The notes beneath the pieces are model-generated. The model ran no database searches. It worked only from the letters and a program-made list of their open reading frames with translations, and was not told the origin of the DNA. Below, one piece after another: positions 61,883 through 64,000 of a stretch of 64,000 bases of DNA; positions within the stretch are counted from its first letter, which is position 1; the number at the start of each line of letters is the position of its first letter. The position numbers and the translations under genes are program-made. This stretch comes from an uncultured Lachnospiraceae bacterium (GTDB lineage: Bacteria; Bacillota; Clostridia; Lachnospirales; Lachnospiraceae). The stretch is from the NCBI GenBank assembly GCA_902793995.1, contig CADBFP010000002.1, positions 100,639-164,638 of the forward strand. Reading direction: 5' to 3'.

Positions 61883-62674
61883 TTATAACCGCTTGCGGCA
61901 GATATACAGCAGATGGTTGTGGCAGCCCAACAGTTCCCGCTTTTCCGAAAAGGCCAAAAACCATTTGGCAAAGGCTTGGAAATCCTCCTCTGTCATAGAA
62001 AAATCCGTGCGCTTTTCAATGGCCTCCAGCATGCCGTCCACCCCGGCGGTCACTATCCAATCCACCGGCTTTTCTTGAAAGAGCTGCTCAAACTCCGCCA
62101 CATCATAGCCGGTGAAAAGCTGTTCCTTGAAATGCCTGACTGCATTATCCTCCGTGAAGTTTTCCTCCTGGCCCGCCGGCCAGTTGCCGTAGAAATAGTT
62201 GGCATACATGATGGCAAAGACGGATAAGAAGGCAAACAGAATCACGCCCCCGGGCTTTGTCACCCGAATGGCCTCGTGGATAGCCCGCTGCACATCGTCC
62301 GCTTCATACAGATGATACATGGGGCCGAAAACCAGGGTGGCGTCGAAGGAATTGTCCCCAAAGCGGCCAAGGTCTGTGGCATCTCCCTGATAAGACTGCA
62401 GGTTCCCCAGCCCCCGGCTGTTTTCCCGCAGGATGGCCAAATTGTGCTCCACCAGCTCCACCGCCGTCACATCCATCCCCTCTTTAGCCAGGGCGATAGA
62501 ATAGCGGCCGGTGCCTGCTCCCACCTCCAAGATTTTGGAGCATTCCGGGACATAGCGGTGGATATATGCCATGGTAGTCAAATATTCCAGCTGCCCGTGC
62601 CTGTTTTTCTGCAGGCGGGCATCCTCATCGATTTCGTTGTAAAAACTGTTAATGATTTCCTGTCTGGTGTGCAT
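61883..62674 (-). CDS. class I SAM-dependent methyltransferase (paralog of 55275-56072)
   Basis: ILEVGAGTGRYS motif I. Shares HGQ.EYLTTM.YI, VTAVEL.EHNL and GPMYHLY blocks with the paralog. Start at ATG 62674. Confidence 0.85.
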   Translation of the reverse strand: MHTRQEIINSFYNEIDEDARLQKNRHGQLEYLTTMAYIHRYVPECSKILEVGAGTGRYSIALAKEGMDVTAVELVEHNLAILRENSRGLGNLQSYQGDATDLGRFGDNSFDATLVFGPMYHLYEADDVQRAIHEAIRVTKPGGVILFAFLSVFAIMYANYFYGNWPAGQEENFTEDNAVRHFKEQLFTGYDVAEFEQLFQEKPVDWIVTAGVDGMLEAIEKRTDFSMTEEDFQAFAKWFLAFSEKRELLGCHNHLLYICRKRL

Positions 62675-62683
62675 TTTTATCAC

Positions 62684-62846
62684 CCAATTAACCCTTCTGC
62701 CATCAGCATTTCCAGCACCCGGGCCTCCCGCTGTAAATCATCAACGCTTTCCTGTCCCGAATGATGATGCTCCGGGCGGAGTTGCGGGTAAAGCGGTGGG
62801 TACAGTCCCCATAATCTTTTTTATCCAGTTCAAACAGCAATCGCAT
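62684..62846 (-). pseudogene. frameshifted/internally deleted NUDIX gene relic
   Basis: MRLLFELDKKDYGDCTHRFTRNSARSIIIRD.. from ATG 62846, then in another frame ..QREARVLEMLMAEGLIG* ending at 62684. Confidence 0.5.
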
Positions 62847-62856
62847 GCTCCGCCCC

Positions 62857-63441
62857 CTACTCCCGCAGCAAATGAGAAATATCCTTCACCGCCCGGGCCT
62901 GGGCGGCCGATAAATACTCCCAGGCGGGTACCTCGCCGTGCTCTCCCGCAAAATACCGCCGGGCCAGGGCCAAAGCCTCCTCAATATCCTGCTTTTCAAT
63001 GGCATCATAGGCGGCGTCAAACAATGAACAATCTCTCTTTTCCAGGCTGTCCGCCGGAAGTTCCACCTCAAATAAATGCACCTTTTCCTGGTCCTCCGGC
63101 TCTTCCTCGCCCCAGTCTTCCCAAAACATCCGCACGCATTCCGCCACATCCACACAAAAGTAATTGCAGTGCAGGCGGCTTACGGCCTCCGGGTATTCCT
63201 GGCTCCGGACAAACTCAAACAGCCCTTCGGTGGCCCATTTGGCATAATTTGCCCAGTACCGCAGCTTGGAGCGGTCCATCACGGCATAGGTATATTGGCC
63301 GCTTAACAGCATTCCCACAAAGCAATCCCGGCTTAAAGCCAGGCCCTTCATGAAAGGTTCGCACAAATCTCCATATTTTTCATGCCCCGGCTCTAAATAC
63401 TCCCCTTCTTTGAGGGTGGGGCTGTAGTGATAAACAATCAT
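62857..63441 (-). CDS. hypothetical protein
   Basis: 194-aa ORF with GGAGAG SD. No family recognised. Confidence 0.55.
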   Translation of the reverse strand: MIVYHYSPTLKEGEYLEPGHEKYGDLCEPFMKGLALSRDCFVGMLLSGQYTYAVMDRSKLRYWANYAKWATEGLFEFVRSQEYPEAVSRLHCNYFCVDVAECVRMFWEDWGEEEPEDQEKVHLFEVELPADSLEKRDCSLFDAAYDAIEKQDIEEALALARRYFAGEHGEVPAWEYLSAAQARAVKDISHLLRE

Positions 63442-63456
63442 TTTCTCTCCTTTTTA

Positions 63457-63489
63457 TGCACCGGGGGGAACAGGTCCCTTGGTGCACTT
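63457..63489. repeat. GC-rich palindrome family, copy 3
   Basis: tgcaccggggggaacaggtcccttggtgcactt, between the stop at 63493 and the SD/ATG at 63441. Confidence 0.7.
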
Positions 63490-63492
63490 AAA

Positions 63493-64000
63493 TTACTCTT
63501 TTTCCTCTTCGCTGCCGCTTTTTATCTTCTTGATGACATTGATGATTTTCTGCCCATCGGTGGCCATTCCATTGTTTTCTCCGGAAGAATAATGACCGGG
63601 CCTGGCGGTGATAATCAGCATACCTATGCTCATCCAAAGCACATAGTTGGAAAGAAAATCCATCGACTCCGGACCAAAGATTTCCGGATGGATGGATATG
63701 CCGCTGGTTTTCAGGACGAGAAGCCCCACTACCAGCAGCAGGGAAAGAACCGGTCCCCCTGCCAACACCATAATCAGCTTGGCATGGGAGTCAATCTTCT
63801 TTTCCAAAGGGCTGAAATACCCATCGAAGGGAAAGGCTTTCACCGTCAATACTTTTGTGTCCAGCAGCACTTTCCCGGACCCCACCCGTATATGCCAGCG
63901 TCTTCCGCCCGCGCCAAGCATATACCCCAGCGCATGACCGAATTCGTGCAAAAAGGTAACCAGAAAGCTTAAAAGCCAGAGAAAGACTACGGCTAAAAGC
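63493..64000 (-). CDS. M50/site-2-protease-like membrane metallopeptidase (N-terminus beyond the right edge)
   Basis: HEFGHALG (HExxH) preceded in frame by LLAVVFLWLLSFLVTFL up to the window edge. TM segments downstream. Confidence 0.6.
   Translation of the reverse strand, partial: LLAVVFLWLLSFLVTFLHEFGHALGYMLGAGGRRWHIRVGSGKVLLDTKVLTVKAFPFDGYFSPLEKKIDSHAKLIMVLAGGPVLSLLLVVGLLVLKTSGISIHPEIFGPESMDFLSNYVLWMSIGMLIITARPGHYSSGENNGMATDGQKIINVIKKIKSGSEEEKE

Noticed and set aside
38906-64000. Integron or attC cassette array
   Set aside because: There is no intI-like tyrosine recombinase in the window. No boundary motif has R''/L''-L'/R' (GTTRRRY) structure. The intergenic palindromes belong to several unrelated families and are absent from many junctions.

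Overview
The window looks like a chromosomal segment of a Gram-positive anaerobe, probably Clostridia. Supporting signs are GGAGG-type ribosome-binding sites (SD), a T-box leader, Hol-Tox-like peptides and SdpI and PgsBC genes. No searches were run. All calls rest on motifs I recognise in the ORF track or in my own translations.

Layout:
- 1-14.4 kb is mostly housekeeping on the minus strand: glgP, a DUF1016 nuclease, T-box-controlled ileS, a pgsB-pgsC poly-gamma-glutamate operon with two tandem accessory paralogs, an M28 peptidase and maf.
- 14.4-24.9 kb is a ~10 kb island bounded by perfect 62-bp direct repeats that duplicate the 3' end of an APH-like gene. It holds a six-gene type I R-M operon (XRE, hsdM, unknown Rx4H protein, hsdS, unknown membrane protein, hsdR) bracketed by ~122-bp inverted repeats, followed by rhuM.
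- 24.8-38.9 kb mixes transporters (sstT, an FtsX-type permease with no adjacent ATPase, ZIP, AbgT), regulators, a radical SAM gene and two small-molecule-modifying genes that each carry a single in-frame stop.
- 38.9-64 kb is a strictly one-directional array of about 30 small accessory genes. It includes nine of the window's 12 GNAT genes, plus NUDIX, SAM methyltransferase, MBL, VOC, a P-loop kinase and HExxH proteins. Duplicated gene-end relics and several palindromic repeat families are scattered through it.

Best leads:
- The two unknown genes translationally coupled inside the R-M operon.
- Three Hol-Tox type I toxin-antitoxin-like modules. In each the toxin is disabled in a different way, while a convergent antisense promoter is perfectly conserved.
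- The nested direct-repeat and inverted-repeat architecture of the island.

No rRNA genes, tRNA genes, CRISPR arrays, integrases or transposases were seen.
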